Assembly: GCF_006345805.1 (NCBI RefSeq)
Contig: NW_021826250.1
Coordinates: forward strand, 1 to 35,906
Length of the DNA stretch: 35,906 nucleotides
Direction of reading: 5' to 3'
Source: Octopus sinensis
Lineage: Eukaryota
The notes beneath the pieces were generated by a model that was not told where the DNA came from, did not search any database, and saw only the letters and a program-made list of their open reading frames with translations. The first letter of the stretch is position 1, and each line of letters begins with the position of its first letter. The position numbers were made by a program, and so were the translations under genes. Positions 9,724 through 20,222 of the stretch are shown in pieces.

Positions 9724-10220
9724 GAAGGCCCAATGGCCCAATGGTTAGGGCAGCAGACTCGCGGTCCTAAGAACGCGGTTTCGATTCCCAGACCGGACAT
9801 TGTGAGTGTTTATTGAGCAAAAACACCTAAGCTTCACGAAGCTCCGGTGGGGGAGGGGGTGAATCCCGCTGTACTCTTTCACCACCACTTTCTCTCACTC
9901 TTTCTTCCTACTTCTGCCACAAAGCAGAGGAACCATGGTATAACCCACTATGGTGTGGTAAACTTTCAGACCCTAGTCTAGATTGCGAATCCTCTGTACC
10001 CCAGAATGGTTCAGCTCTCCACCCGTTAAAAATCCACCGTATACGGAATGAGGATAATAACGTAGCTTTCGCGCCCGTGCAACCGCCAGTCTATCGCGTG
10101 TGGTGGGTGGATCTTCAAGTTGCCACACGCATTCTTAGTAGCTTAGAGTAGGCTCGAATTAGAGATTATTCTTTGTAGCTAATGGCGTGAGACCCGATTG
10201 GAAGAAGAACAACAACAACA
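9724..10220 (+). mobile_element. tRNA-derived SINE (head type B) with an alternative 3' region
   Basis: 9724-9910 is homologous to 801-990; then about 290 bp of unrelated sequence ending GAAGAAGAACAACAACAAC. ACAACAGCA on both flanks is a possible TSD. The 3' boundary is inferred. Confidence 0.65.
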
Positions 10221-10454
10221 GCACAGAGCATAATTAGTCTAAGTGGAGTCCCATTCACGGTCGGCTGACTTGTCCGACTTTGCAGTCAGATCTTCGTCAT
10301 ATCACTACTGCGTCGAGATTAGCATTGCTTTCATCTCGCACCCCTAGGAGTCGATAAAATAAAGTACAGCTCAAGAACTTGTGTCGGTTGTGTAGACTAA
10401 GCCCGCTCCCCTAAAAATTTATGACCTTGTGTCTAAATTAGAAACAACGATTTT

Positions 10455-10922
10455 GGATTGGCAGATTATTTAGAGCGCCGGATAAAGTGTCTGGTGGTAT
10501 TTGTTCCGGCTCTTTACGTTCTGAGTTCAAATCCCACCGAATTAAAATTTACTTTTAATCCTTCTGGGGTCGATTAAATAAGATACCAGTCAAGTTCTAA
10601 AGTCGATGGTATCGACTAACCAAAAGGCGGTAAGCTGGCAGAGTCGTTAGCACGCCGGGCGAAAGGCTTAGCGGTATTTCGTCTGCCGCTACGTTCTGAG
10701 TTCAAATTCTGCCGAGGTCGACTTTGCCTTTCATCCTTTCGAGGTCGATTAAATAAGTACCAGTTACGCACTGGAGTCAACGTAATCGACTTAATCCGTT
10801 GTCTGTCCTTGTTTGTCCTCTCTGTGTTTAACCCCTTGTGGGTAGTAAAGAAATAGGTATCGACTAGCCAATCACCCTCCCACCCACAAAAACTTGTTCT
10901 TCACCTAAGATTAGAAATCATT
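10455..10922 (+). mobile_element. Old major-SINE copy interrupted by a nested younger copy
   Basis: TTGGCAGATT..TTAGAGCGCCGG head and GAGTTCAAATCCC B-box; the tail resumes after 10871. Confidence 0.75.
10624..10855 (+). mobile_element. Major SINE, long-tail subfamily, nested with 16-bp TSD
   Basis: TSD GGTATCGACTAACCAA 10608-10623 and GGTATCGACTAGCCAA 10856-10871 (1 mismatch). Confidence 0.9.
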
Positions 10923-11142
10923 ACTACAGCCGTCCTTTAAAGGTGGCGAGTTTGCAGAATCGTTAGCGCGTCCAACAAAGTGCTTAGCAATATCCTTTCC
11001 AGCTTTCTACGTTCTTTGTTCAAAACCCACCGAAATCAACTTGGCTTTTCGTCCTTTCGAAGTCCATAAAAATAAAAGTACCAGTCAGTATCAGGGTCCA
11101 GGTACTGACAAAGCCCCTCCCCTCAAAAACTGTTTTACTTGT

Positions 11143-11311
11143 ACAGTTCTATATTTAAGAGATGGGGAATTATGTACATTATTTACATTATTTACATTCA
11201 ACGGATATTTGTCCTCATAACCACAACGCCATATGCCTGTGGGCATATGGCGTAGTGGTTAAGAGCGCGGGCTACTAACCCCAAGATTCCGAATTCGATT
11301 CCAAGCAGTGA

Positions 11312-11349
<38 letters not shown>

Positions 11350-11558
11350 GTAATAATAATATCGAAAAATACCTTAGAAATGAGAACCCAGGTTCGAAAT
11401 TTCCCCAAGACACCTGATGAAGGCTGGAGGGTATATCAGCCGAAACGTGTTAACAACAAACAAGATGAGGACAAATATCTGTCAAATGTAAATAATGCAA
11501 ATAATGTAAACAACAAACAAGATGAGGACAAATATCTGTCGAATGTAAATAATGCACA
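11143..11558 (+). mobile_element. Non-autonomous element: tRNA-like head + (AAT)n + hammerhead motif, with inverted 5' partial copy (Penelope-like architecture)
   Basis: TSD GTTTTACTTGT 11132-11142/11559-11569. A-box TGGCGTAGTGG 11248-11258, anticodon-like arm GGG-CTACTAA-CCC, B-box-like ATTCGATTCC 11293-11302. 48-bp direct repeat 11452-11499/11509-11556. About 11173-11218 is the reverse complement of the 3' end. Confidence 0.8.
11409..11451 (+). ncRNA. Minimal type I hammerhead ribozyme motif (cleavage triplet apparently missing in this copy)
   Basis: Stem I GACAC (11409-13)/GTGTT (11447-51); core CTGATGA 11414-20; stem II GGCTG (11422-26)/CAGCC (11437-41); GAAA 11442-45 then C. No room for an NUH triplet between GAAAC and stem I. 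Confidence 0.7.
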
Positions 11559-12184
11559 GTTTTACTTGTGCCTAAATCAGAAATCAGTTTTACAATTGTT
11601 CTTGTTATTGTTAATCGCTGTTTGTATTATGTGTATCAATATGTTTACGATGAATCAATATTATCCATACACCAACGTCTTCGTTTGGCAAGCGGTGTTG
11701 TTACGCAGGTAGTTTGTTGTTCATTGTCTAGAAACTATAACGAACAAAGTGGTTACAAGAGGTCGGTGAGGTGAAGAGAACAGAGGTCAGGTTATTTCCT
11801 CTCTGTCGAAACCCTAATCACTTTCTTCAGCTACTACTTAATGCTTAATTTCCCATGAAACTCTGGAGTCATAAGCAAGAAGAGGCAAAGGTAGGGTTGA
11901 GGGAAGAGGTGGAGGTGCCTTTTGTGTATTTCATAAGACTATTATCACAAGTTAAGCTGTTTCAATCTCGTGGAACAAAGAAGAAATTATGAAGTGTGTA
12001 GGAGAATGTCGAAATAATGAGCAATATGGCGGAAACGTATTAATCTAACCTAATGTTATTTTCCTGCAGCACCTTCAAAGGATTGGAAATTAATTTACTC
12101 ACAATTAATTACCAAATTTCAGAGCTTTCATCACAGCACATATTAATTCTTGCTTTTGAAATATTTTTGTTCTTTCTCACCGCT

Positions 12185-12960
12185 TACCACCACTATTACT
12201 ACTACTACTCCTACTACTACTACTACCATTACGAATAGTACTTCTGTAAATAATATTATCACCAACAACAGCATTACTACCACCACACCAACACATTTAC
12301 CGACATTAACCGTATTATCACCTTTGCTGACACTATCGCCAACGCCAGTACAACCACCACAGTCACCACCACCACCACTACCACCACTACCATTACCAAT
12401 ACTCTCGCTGCCATCCACGCTATCGTCACGACAAGAATCACCACCAACAATCCAATCACCGATGCTACCACCACCTTTACTAATACCGTTACCACAACCA
12501 ACGCTATCACCCAATTAACATTATCACCCACTCCGCTACTATCACGGCCATCCATATAATTGTTACCACTTCTATACTTAGCCCACCAATGCTGTCACCG
12601 CATTCAATACTATCACCACATTCACTGACATTATTGCACAGCTTATATTATCATCACCACAAGTAATGTCGACAATTTGACAAACATTTTTGACTAGCAT
12701 TATCATTTCCACCAACGCTATTCACCAGCTTCCTTAACACAGTCGCCAACACTACACCAGTACTATCACCATCTTCTCCGACACTATTACTATCACCAAT
12801 ATTATTACAACTAATCTCAGTCTGCTTCAAACAATACGATAACCTGAAACATTATTACTTCTGCTTACACTATTATCACTAAAATTCTCAACAACAACAC
12901 TATCACTACATTACAACCACAAACAAAATTAATGCTTTCATCATTTAACAACATATTACC
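12185..12960. repeat. Decayed (ACT/ACC/ATT)n low-complexity tract
   Basis: Degenerate trinucleotide periodicity; ORFs here are Thr/Pro/Val homopolymer artefacts. Confidence 0.75.
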
Positions 12961-12999
12961 TTCAGCGTGTTCTTTCCGCCTCATTCTCATAATCAGCAT

Positions 13000-13108
13000 C
13001 ATAATAATAATAATAATAATAATAACAAAAACAAGAAGAAGAAGAAGAAGAAGAAGAAGAAGAAGAAGAAGAAGAAGAAGAAGAAGAAGAAGAAGAAGAA
13101 GAAGAAGA
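13000..13108. repeat. (AAT)n then (AAG)n microsatellite
   Basis: Pure runs, about 25 AAG units. Confidence 0.95.
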
Positions 13109-13109
13109 A

Positions 13110-13691
13110 TCCTTTCTACTATAAGGACAAGGCCTGAAATTTATGGGGAGGGGGCCAGTCGATTAGATCGACCCCAGTACGCAACTGATACTTAATTTGT
13201 CGACCCAAGAAGGATGAAAAGCAAAACTCGACCTCGCTGGAATTTGAACTCAACACGTAGCGACAGACGAAATACCTATTTCTTTACTACCCACAAGGGG
13301 CTAAACACAGAGGGGACAAACAAGGACAGACAAACGGATTAAGTCGATTACATCGACCCCAGTGCGTAACTGGTACTTATTTAATCGACCCCGAAAGGAT
13401 GAAAGGCAAAGTCGACCTCGGCGGAATTTGAACACAGAACGTAGCGGCAGACAAAATACCTATTTCTTTATTACCCACAAGGGGCTAAACATAGAGGGGA
13501 CAAACATGGACAGACATAGGTATTAAGTCGATTATATCGACCCCAGTGCTTAACTGGTACTTAATTTATCGACCCCGAAAGGATGAAAGGCAAAGTCGGC
13601 CTCGGCGGAATTTGAACTCACAACGTAACGGCAGCCGAAATACCGCTAAGCATTTCGCCCGGCGTGCTAACGATTCTGCCAGCTCACCGTC

Positions 13692-13693
<2 letters not shown>
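13110..13693 (-). mobile_element. Three-unit major-SINE array (13461-13693 full length; 13277-13460 and 13110-13276 begin at the internal GGTATTT site)
   Basis: Both junctions read ...GAC(G/A)AAATACC|TATTTCTTTA on the plus strand; the last unit carries the short-type tail. Confidence 0.9.
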
Positions 13694-13757
<64 letters not shown>

Positions 13758-13892
13758 TAATAATAATAATAATAATAAATAATAATAATAATAATAATAA
13801 ATAATAATAATAATATAAAATAATAATAATAAAATAATAATAATAAAATAATAATAATAATAACAACAACAATAATAATAATAATAATAATA

Positions 13893-13938
<46 letters not shown>

Positions 13939-13996
13939 TAATAATAATAAAATAATAATAATAATAATAATAATATAATAATAATAATAATAATAA

Positions 13997-14033
<37 letters not shown>

Positions 14034-14060
14034 TAATATAATAATAATAATAATAATAAT
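13694..14060. repeat. Long (AAT)n microsatellite, 5' flank of LINE
   Basis: About 365 bp of AAT with small slips. Confidence 0.95.
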
Positions 14061-14061
14061 A

Positions 14062-15335
14062 GGAATGTTATAGGAGAGTTCGTGCAGTCCTGAAATCTTA
14101 CTAAATGCACGTAACAAGGTGTTAGCTATAAATTCCTTAGCAGTTCCAGTTATTACTTATAGCTACAATGTGTTGAACTGGAATATGAGTGAAGTAAAGA
14201 ATATAGATAGGAAAATACGCAAGTTGCTGAGTTGTAATAGGATGCACCACCCAAAGGCAGACGTAGATCGCCTTTACCTTCCCAGAGCCCAAGGAGGTCG
14301 AGGCCTGATCCAATTTGAACTAGCTTACAAAACAACCACAATTGGACTGGCCAAATATCTCGAATATCGAATGACTGGATGCTAAAGCTCGTGGAAAATC
14401 ACGAGAGACGAAAGAAGCTTCATTCTATCATAAATGAAAGCAAAAAATTTGCTATTGATCTCGTGCAGGATACCCAAACTGAACAACCCGAGGGAAGTAC
14501 GGCAACTATTGTTGCAAAGAAGGTGAAAATGATGGCAATGAAATAAGCGCACGAGCAATTGGCTGATAGGTGGGAGGAGAAACCTCTGCACGGCAAATAT
14601 GTGACCCGCAGCAAACAAGCTGATGTTGACCAGAAGCAAACCCATCAGTAGCTACGGAGCTCAGGGCTAAAAGCAGAGAGCGAAGGTTTCATCCTGGCTG
14701 CTCAAGATCAAAGCCTATTAACCCGGAACTACCAGGCCAATGTGATGAAAAATGGAGCAGATCCAAAATGCCGATTCTGCAACGACATGATTGAAACAGT
14801 GGACCACCTAATCTCTGGATGTAAAGTCTTAGCACCAGTGGAGTATAAATTAAGACATGACAGAGTTGGCCAATGTCTCCACTGGCTAATAAGTCGGCAT
14901 TACAATATCAAAACTGCCGACAAGTGGTATAATCACCACCCTGGGGCTGTAACTGAAGGAGAAAATGTAACCATTCTGTGGGACTTTCCAGTACATACAG
15001 ACCGAACCATCAAGGCCAATAAACCAGATATTGTTGTGAAAGACCAAAACAATAAAGTTTGCTTATTGATCGACATGAGCATCCCCTGTGATCATAATAT
15101 CTCAGCGAAAGAGTTTGACAAGCTCAGAAAATATAAAGACCTACTCATTGAAATTGAGAAAATGTGGCATCTCAAGGCGGTTACAATACCAGTGATCGTA
15201 GGAGCACTAGGAATGATCAAGAAGGGAACCGAAAATTATATGAGAATGATCCCTGGCTTACCATCCCTGCAAGAAGTGCAAAAGATTGTCTTAACTGGTA
15301 CATCACACGTATTGAGAAGAGCATTGTCGATGTGA
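14062..15335 (+). pseudogene. Disrupted RT-thumb / zinc-knuckle / REL endonuclease ORF of the LINE
   Basis: Pieces 14119-14385 and 14742-15335 are open. Frameshifts near 14100 and 14365; in-frame stops TAA 14544-14546 and TAG 14649-14651. Confidence 0.88.
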
Positions 15336-15525
15336 GAACTGTTGCTGCTCATGTATTTTAATTTAACTTTAAAAAAAAAAATTTTATTTTTTATTTTTTT
15401 TAAATGAACGAACTATTGAGTTTGGTTTAATGGCCTACCAATGTATACTATGAGTTTCTTTGCCCTAGGAGTCGGGAAGACACTCGGCAAGAAATGGAAG
15501 CAAATTTGAAAGAAGAAAAAAAAAG
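14062..15525 (+). mobile_element. 5'-truncated non-LTR retrotransposon, R4/Dong-like clade (restriction-like endonuclease)
   Basis: Post-RT motifs (AINSLAVPVITYS; HPKADVDRLYLPRAQGGRGL), CCHC knuckle CRFC..ETVDHLISGC, RHD, REL nuclease KPDIVVKD..IDMSIP..KLRKYKDL. About 190-bp 3' UTR; (AAT)n on both sides. Confidence 0.92.
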
Positions 15526-15689
<164 letters not shown>

Positions 15690-16071
15690 GTTCTACTGAG
15701 CAGGTTTTCGCTACGACTTATGCATTAGCTAATCATTTACCTGCACCATTCAACTAACATTCTCTGTCCCCACGTCTTTAGCTAAGCATAATTCTGGTAT
15801 AGCTTTGCAGCCTTCGCGAGCCATTAGGAATTGCAAGTCCTTCTTGATATACCCTGATCACGTGTTGCCTAACCCTGCTCTAACCTCTCACTCATACTGC
15901 GATGTAAAAGTGACGACCGGCCACGGATCCAGATCTTTCCTAATATATCTTACCGTCACCTTTGTATTTCTTTGCCCTATATATTGTGACATGAGTGTAT
16001 GTGCAGGAATATATCTGACAATTTCATCCTATATTTTTGGCTGGGTCTTCAGTTTTTACAATGTAGCAGAT

Positions 16072-16497
16072 CAGAGCCGGATTCAGACCCATCGAGGCCT
16101 TAAGCACTTAAAAGATTTTGGTGCCCCCATAAAAGATTATGTAATTCAAAATATAAACAATAACAAACCATAAAATAAATTGTTATTTTCCAAAATGAAA
16201 CAAAACAGTAAGAGGGAAAATAATGTTTATTTGTGTATACTTCCACTTTATTTATATTTGAAAAGTTTTCTCCTACTTTTTTGAATTGCGAAGTCTTTGA
16301 TCAAATCCTCAAAATTAATCTTAGGTAACACATCTGCATCAATACTTAGTAGAGATAAAGGCATCCTGAATATTATTTTAGCAAGTTTAAAGTGGTTTCT
16401 TTTGTGCCGTAAACCATTGACCATTTCTGTGGTGTCACCTCCTTCCCTTGACGCCCTAAACACGTGCTTATTTTGCATAATGGTTAATCCAGCGCTG
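16072..16497 (-). mobile_element. Non-autonomous hAT DNA transposon (internal deletion derivative)
   Basis: TIRs CAGAGCCGGATT / AATCCAGCGCTG (10/12). 8-bp TSD TAGCAGAT 16064-16071 / CAGCAGAT 16498-16505. Minus strand 16248-16365 encodes LSLLSIDADVLPKINFEDLIKDFAIQKSRRK, like a hAT C-terminal dimerisation domain. Confidence 0.85.
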
Positions 16498-16673
16498 CAG
16501 CAGATAGTCTCACAACTTTTTCCCTTTGGACTGAGAGAATTTCTGGCTAGATTTCCTGCGGAGCTTGTAATTATTGCTGCAACGGTAATTCTATAGCGGT
16601 GCCTTTCTTTCCTCTCTCATCCCTCTCTCTCTCTCTCTCTTCTCTCTCATTCTTACTTTCTCTTCCCCCTCTT

Positions 16674-16716
<43 letters not shown>

Positions 16717-17393
16717 TTCTGCCTATCTGTCTATATATCCATCTCTATCTCTGGCATTTTATAGTGCGGCAAAGAAGTACTGCTTGATTTTATAAAATTG
16801 ACCTAACTACATTTTTTTCCGTAAACTGTAATAAATCTAAATCTTCCGGACGTGTTACAAGAGATGCAAGAGTAGCTCTATGACTGATTTATATTGCCTG
16901 AACCTGTGCAAGTCCTGCGGTTGTTGTTACTGTTGTTCTCATTATCTTCAAAATTATCTGTTAGACTGTTTGAAATATGTTTTCTATTATTTGTTCATTA
17001 AAGTATTCACTTTCTCTTCTTTTTTCATTCGGTCGTGTAATTTGCTTTGTGATATCTTTTTCGCTTCATTTGTTATTGCAGTATTTTATCTTGTACTGCG
17101 TCCATGTGTTGTAATCATTTGAATGTGAAATGTGGTCAGTGCGTGTAATCAAATAAAATCTATAAAAAGTTTCTTTCTTTATCTATCCATGTGGGTCTGG
17201 GGTTAACATTCCTCAGATAATTATAATTCATTTTAGTAACTTTTCCAAATAGAATTTCATTTGGTAATGTCCACCATAATACTATGTTTGGAAACAAGTA
17301 AACTCATTTTCACACCATGAAATCCAACAAGAAACAACAGCAAAACGAAAACAACACCAATAACAATAATAATAACCATAATCATAATTATTA

Positions 17394-17762
17394 CCTTTGC
17401 ACAGCTTCTAACGCTGGAGATTTACTACAGTGTTAGCTGATTACTACCAGTGAACTAAGTTAACACCTCTTATTTTCGAGCACCTTCCAGAGTATTCGAG
17501 CGGTTCCAAGCAGTGCTGTTTTCTGCAAGTGCTCCACCCTTATTGTAGCCCCTATTTGTTCCACATACTTCTCGAGATTTTTACTCACTGTTCCCAGGGC
17601 TCGGACAATTATTGGTCCTACTGCTACCTTTTACATCGAGCACACCTGCTTAACTTCCCAAGCTAACCTTTGATATCTCTCAACTTTTCGTTCTTCCTTA
17701 TCGCATACCTTGTTGTCAGCTGGGCCCGATATATCTATGATCCAACATTGTTTTCTTTCTCT
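17394..17762 (-). mobile_element. 3' fragment of a second R4/Dong-like LINE family
   Basis: Minus strand translates CWIIDISGPADNKVCDKEERKVERYQRLAWEVKQVCSM*KVAVGPIIVRALGTVSKNLEKY..LQKTALLGTARIL, homologous to the end of the 14742-15335 ORF. Different short 3' UTR; AAT repeats on both sides in element orientation. Confidence 0.85.
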
Positions 17763-17869
17763 ATTATTATTATTATTATTATTATCATTATTATTATTAT
17801 TTTTATTATTATTATTATAAAAAGGGGAGGAGGAGAGCAATAACTTCAGCAGCAATACCAACATAAACA

Positions 17870-18073
17870 ATTTTGTTAAAATTTATTTGCAATAAATTGC
17901 TTACACTTCCGCTATACACAAAATAATTTAACAATTTTTTAAATACAATTCTTAATATTTCATGAAAAAAATATGATGGAATTTTTTAAAACATTGAATT
18001 GGTATGAGGGTCCACCCGTGTACAATAGGAATCAAAAGGGGTCAATAGGCAAAAAACTGGTTGAGAACCACTA
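17870..18073. mobile_element. One end of a hAT/Charlie-type MITE
   Basis: Terminal AAAAGGGGTCAATAGGCAAAAAACTGGTTGAGAACCACT resembles an inverted CAGTGGTTCTCAACC TIR; the other TIR was not found. Confidence 0.5.
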
Positions 18074-18269
18074 ATCCAGATAGATCTTTTTCGAATTGTA
18101 TATATCTCTACGTTCCTTGTGATACTGCCGACAACAAGAACTAAGTTCTTGGTATTATTATTGCCTTTGCACAGCTTCTAACAAATGTCCAATGAAATAC
18201 AAATGCTAATCAAAGGATAACAAGAATAGTAACACCTATCTCAGTATCAATAATAACAGTACAAATAAT

Positions 18270-18480
18270 GGCTTTTGATTTAGACACAAGTTCAGCAATT
18301 TTGAGGGGAAGATAGATAATTGATACCATTGACCCCAGTACATGACTGGCACTTTGTTTCATTCATATTGTAAAGATGAAAGGAAAAGTTGCTCTAGATG
18401 GGATTTAAAACCAGACTGTAATGAAATACAGTGAATACCACTAAGCATTTTCTCCCGACACTCTAACGACGCCGTCAGTA
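18270..18480 (-). mobile_element. Old diverged major SINE
   Basis: TTGACCCCAGTACATGACTGGCACT...GATGAAAGGAAAAGTT...CTAAGCATTTT..CGACACTCTAACGA. Confidence 0.7.
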
Positions 18481-18766
18481 AATCACATTAGCAACGGCAC
18501 ATATAACAACAAAAACACAACAGCAACAATAATGATAATAACAGACAACGACAATATATTGATAGAAGTATCAACGGCAACGATAGCAACAATAACAACA
18601 GTAATTACAAGCTGCAACGGAAATAGCAACCCAAAAAAGCAGCATCAACAGTAGCATCACAAACGGAGATAACAATAACTATCGCAAACAACACCGATAG
18701 CAACAAGATTTAGCATCGATAACAACAGAAAAAATAATAATTAACATCAGAAACAGCACTAGCGAC

Positions 18767-19166
18767 CTTGGGCCCGCGACCAGAGTGTGCAGGAGGTGCA
18801 CGCGTACCTCCTAAAATATTTGTGAGGTGCAAAATCAAAATTTGTATCCCTACTTACTTTTTTCGGGTTTAGAAAACAATGCGTGAAAAGGGATCTGTAA
18901 AAAGTAGCTTGAAGTTAGGGTTCTTCTCAAAGAACAAAGAACAAAAATAAATAAATAAAAAATGAGTCCCTTATCGTAAAAAAAAATTGCATATGCGCAG
19001 GAGTGGCTGTGTCGTAAGTAGCTAGCTTACCAGCCACATGGTTCCGGGTTCAGTCCCTCTGCGTGGCACCTTGGGCAAGTGTCTTCTACTGTAGCATCGG
19101 ACCGACCAAAGCCTTGTCAGTGGATTTGGGAGACAGAAACTGAAAGAAGCCGGTCGTATATATGTA

Positions 19167-19228
<62 letters not shown>

Positions 19229-19509
19229 GTGTGTATATATATATGTGTGTGTGTGCATATGTTTGTGTGACTGTGTTTGTCTTCACACCATCACTTAACA
19301 ACCGATGTTGGTGTGTTTATATCCCCGTAACTTAGCGGTTAGGCAAAAGAGCCCGATAGAATAAGTACTAGGCTTACAAAGCATAAGTCCTGGTGTCGAT
19401 TTGGTCAACTAAGGGTGATGCTCCAGCATGACTAAAATAAGTAAAAGGGTAAAAGAATAAAAGGACTTGGGTTTGCACCCCCTAACCAGATTTCATTGCC
19501 GAGTCAGTG
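18767..19509. mobile_element. Probable hAT-type MITE interrupted by a SINE
   Basis: 8-bp flanking repeat CTAGCGAC 18759-18766 / CTAGCAAC 19510-19517 within an otherwise continuous (AAC/AGC) tract. Subterminal GGAGGTGCA..ACCTCCTAA and TGCACCCCCTAA motifs; TIRs badly decayed. Confidence 0.5.
18995..19462 (+). mobile_element. CORE-like tRNA SINE with internal (TA)n(TG)n
   Basis: Head GCGCAGGAGTGGCTGTGT.GTAAG, B-box GGGTTCAGTCCC, CORE-like GGCACCTTGGGCAAGTGTCTT, tail (TAAAAG)n. Near-identical layout at 26286-26712. Confidence 0.88.
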
Positions 19510-20054
19510 CTAGCAACGACAATTAGGATCGATAGCAACAGAAATAATGATAGTTTACATCAAGGACAACACTAGCAACAACAATTAGCAAAGGCAGCAA
19601 TGGCAAGGATAATGATTCGCATCTACAACAACAATAACAACAACGCGGCAAACGACAATTAGCATCAATAGCAGCATCGGTATTAGCAATAATTAACAAC
19701 GGCAGCAACACCAGCAACAATAATTGATGTCATCAGCAGCAATAGCAACGACAACAGCAATAACGACTATAAGCATTGATAGCAATAAGAATGATAAGAA
19801 TTAGCATCAATAACACCCACATTAGCAACATATCAATGATTAATACAGGCAGCCACAAAAAAATGGGCAGCATCAATATCAACGGTATAAAAACAATGAT
19901 TAGCATCATCATCATCATCATCATCAACAACAACAACAAAACCAATTTGTATCTACAGCAGCAATAATAGTTCGCATCAGCAATAGCATCGTTGATAAGC
20001 GTTGGCAACAACAATAACTCCTACTACTACTACCTTTACCACCACCAACACCAC

Positions 20055-20222
20055 TGAGAAGAAGAAGGGGGAGGAGAGGGAGGAGAAGCAGAGGAGACGG
20101 AGGAGAAGCAGAGGAGGAAGAGGAGGAGGAGGAGGAGAAGAAGAAGAAGAGAAGAAGAAGAAGAAGAAGAAGAAGAAGAAGAAGAAGAGAAGAAGAAGAA
20201 GAAGAAGAAGAAGAAGAAGAAG
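20055..20222. repeat. (GGA)n/(GAA)n purine tract
   Basis: Almost pure purine triplet runs. Confidence 0.95.

Larger units (their letters stand above)
10940..11587 (+). mobile_element. Old major-SINE copy whose tail is split by the 11143-11558 insertion
   Basis: Head AAGGTGGCGAGTTTGCAGAATCGTTAGC; tail CCCCTCCCCTCAAAAAC..CTTGT resumes as CTTGTGCCTAAATCAGAAA at about 11565. Confidence 0.75.
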
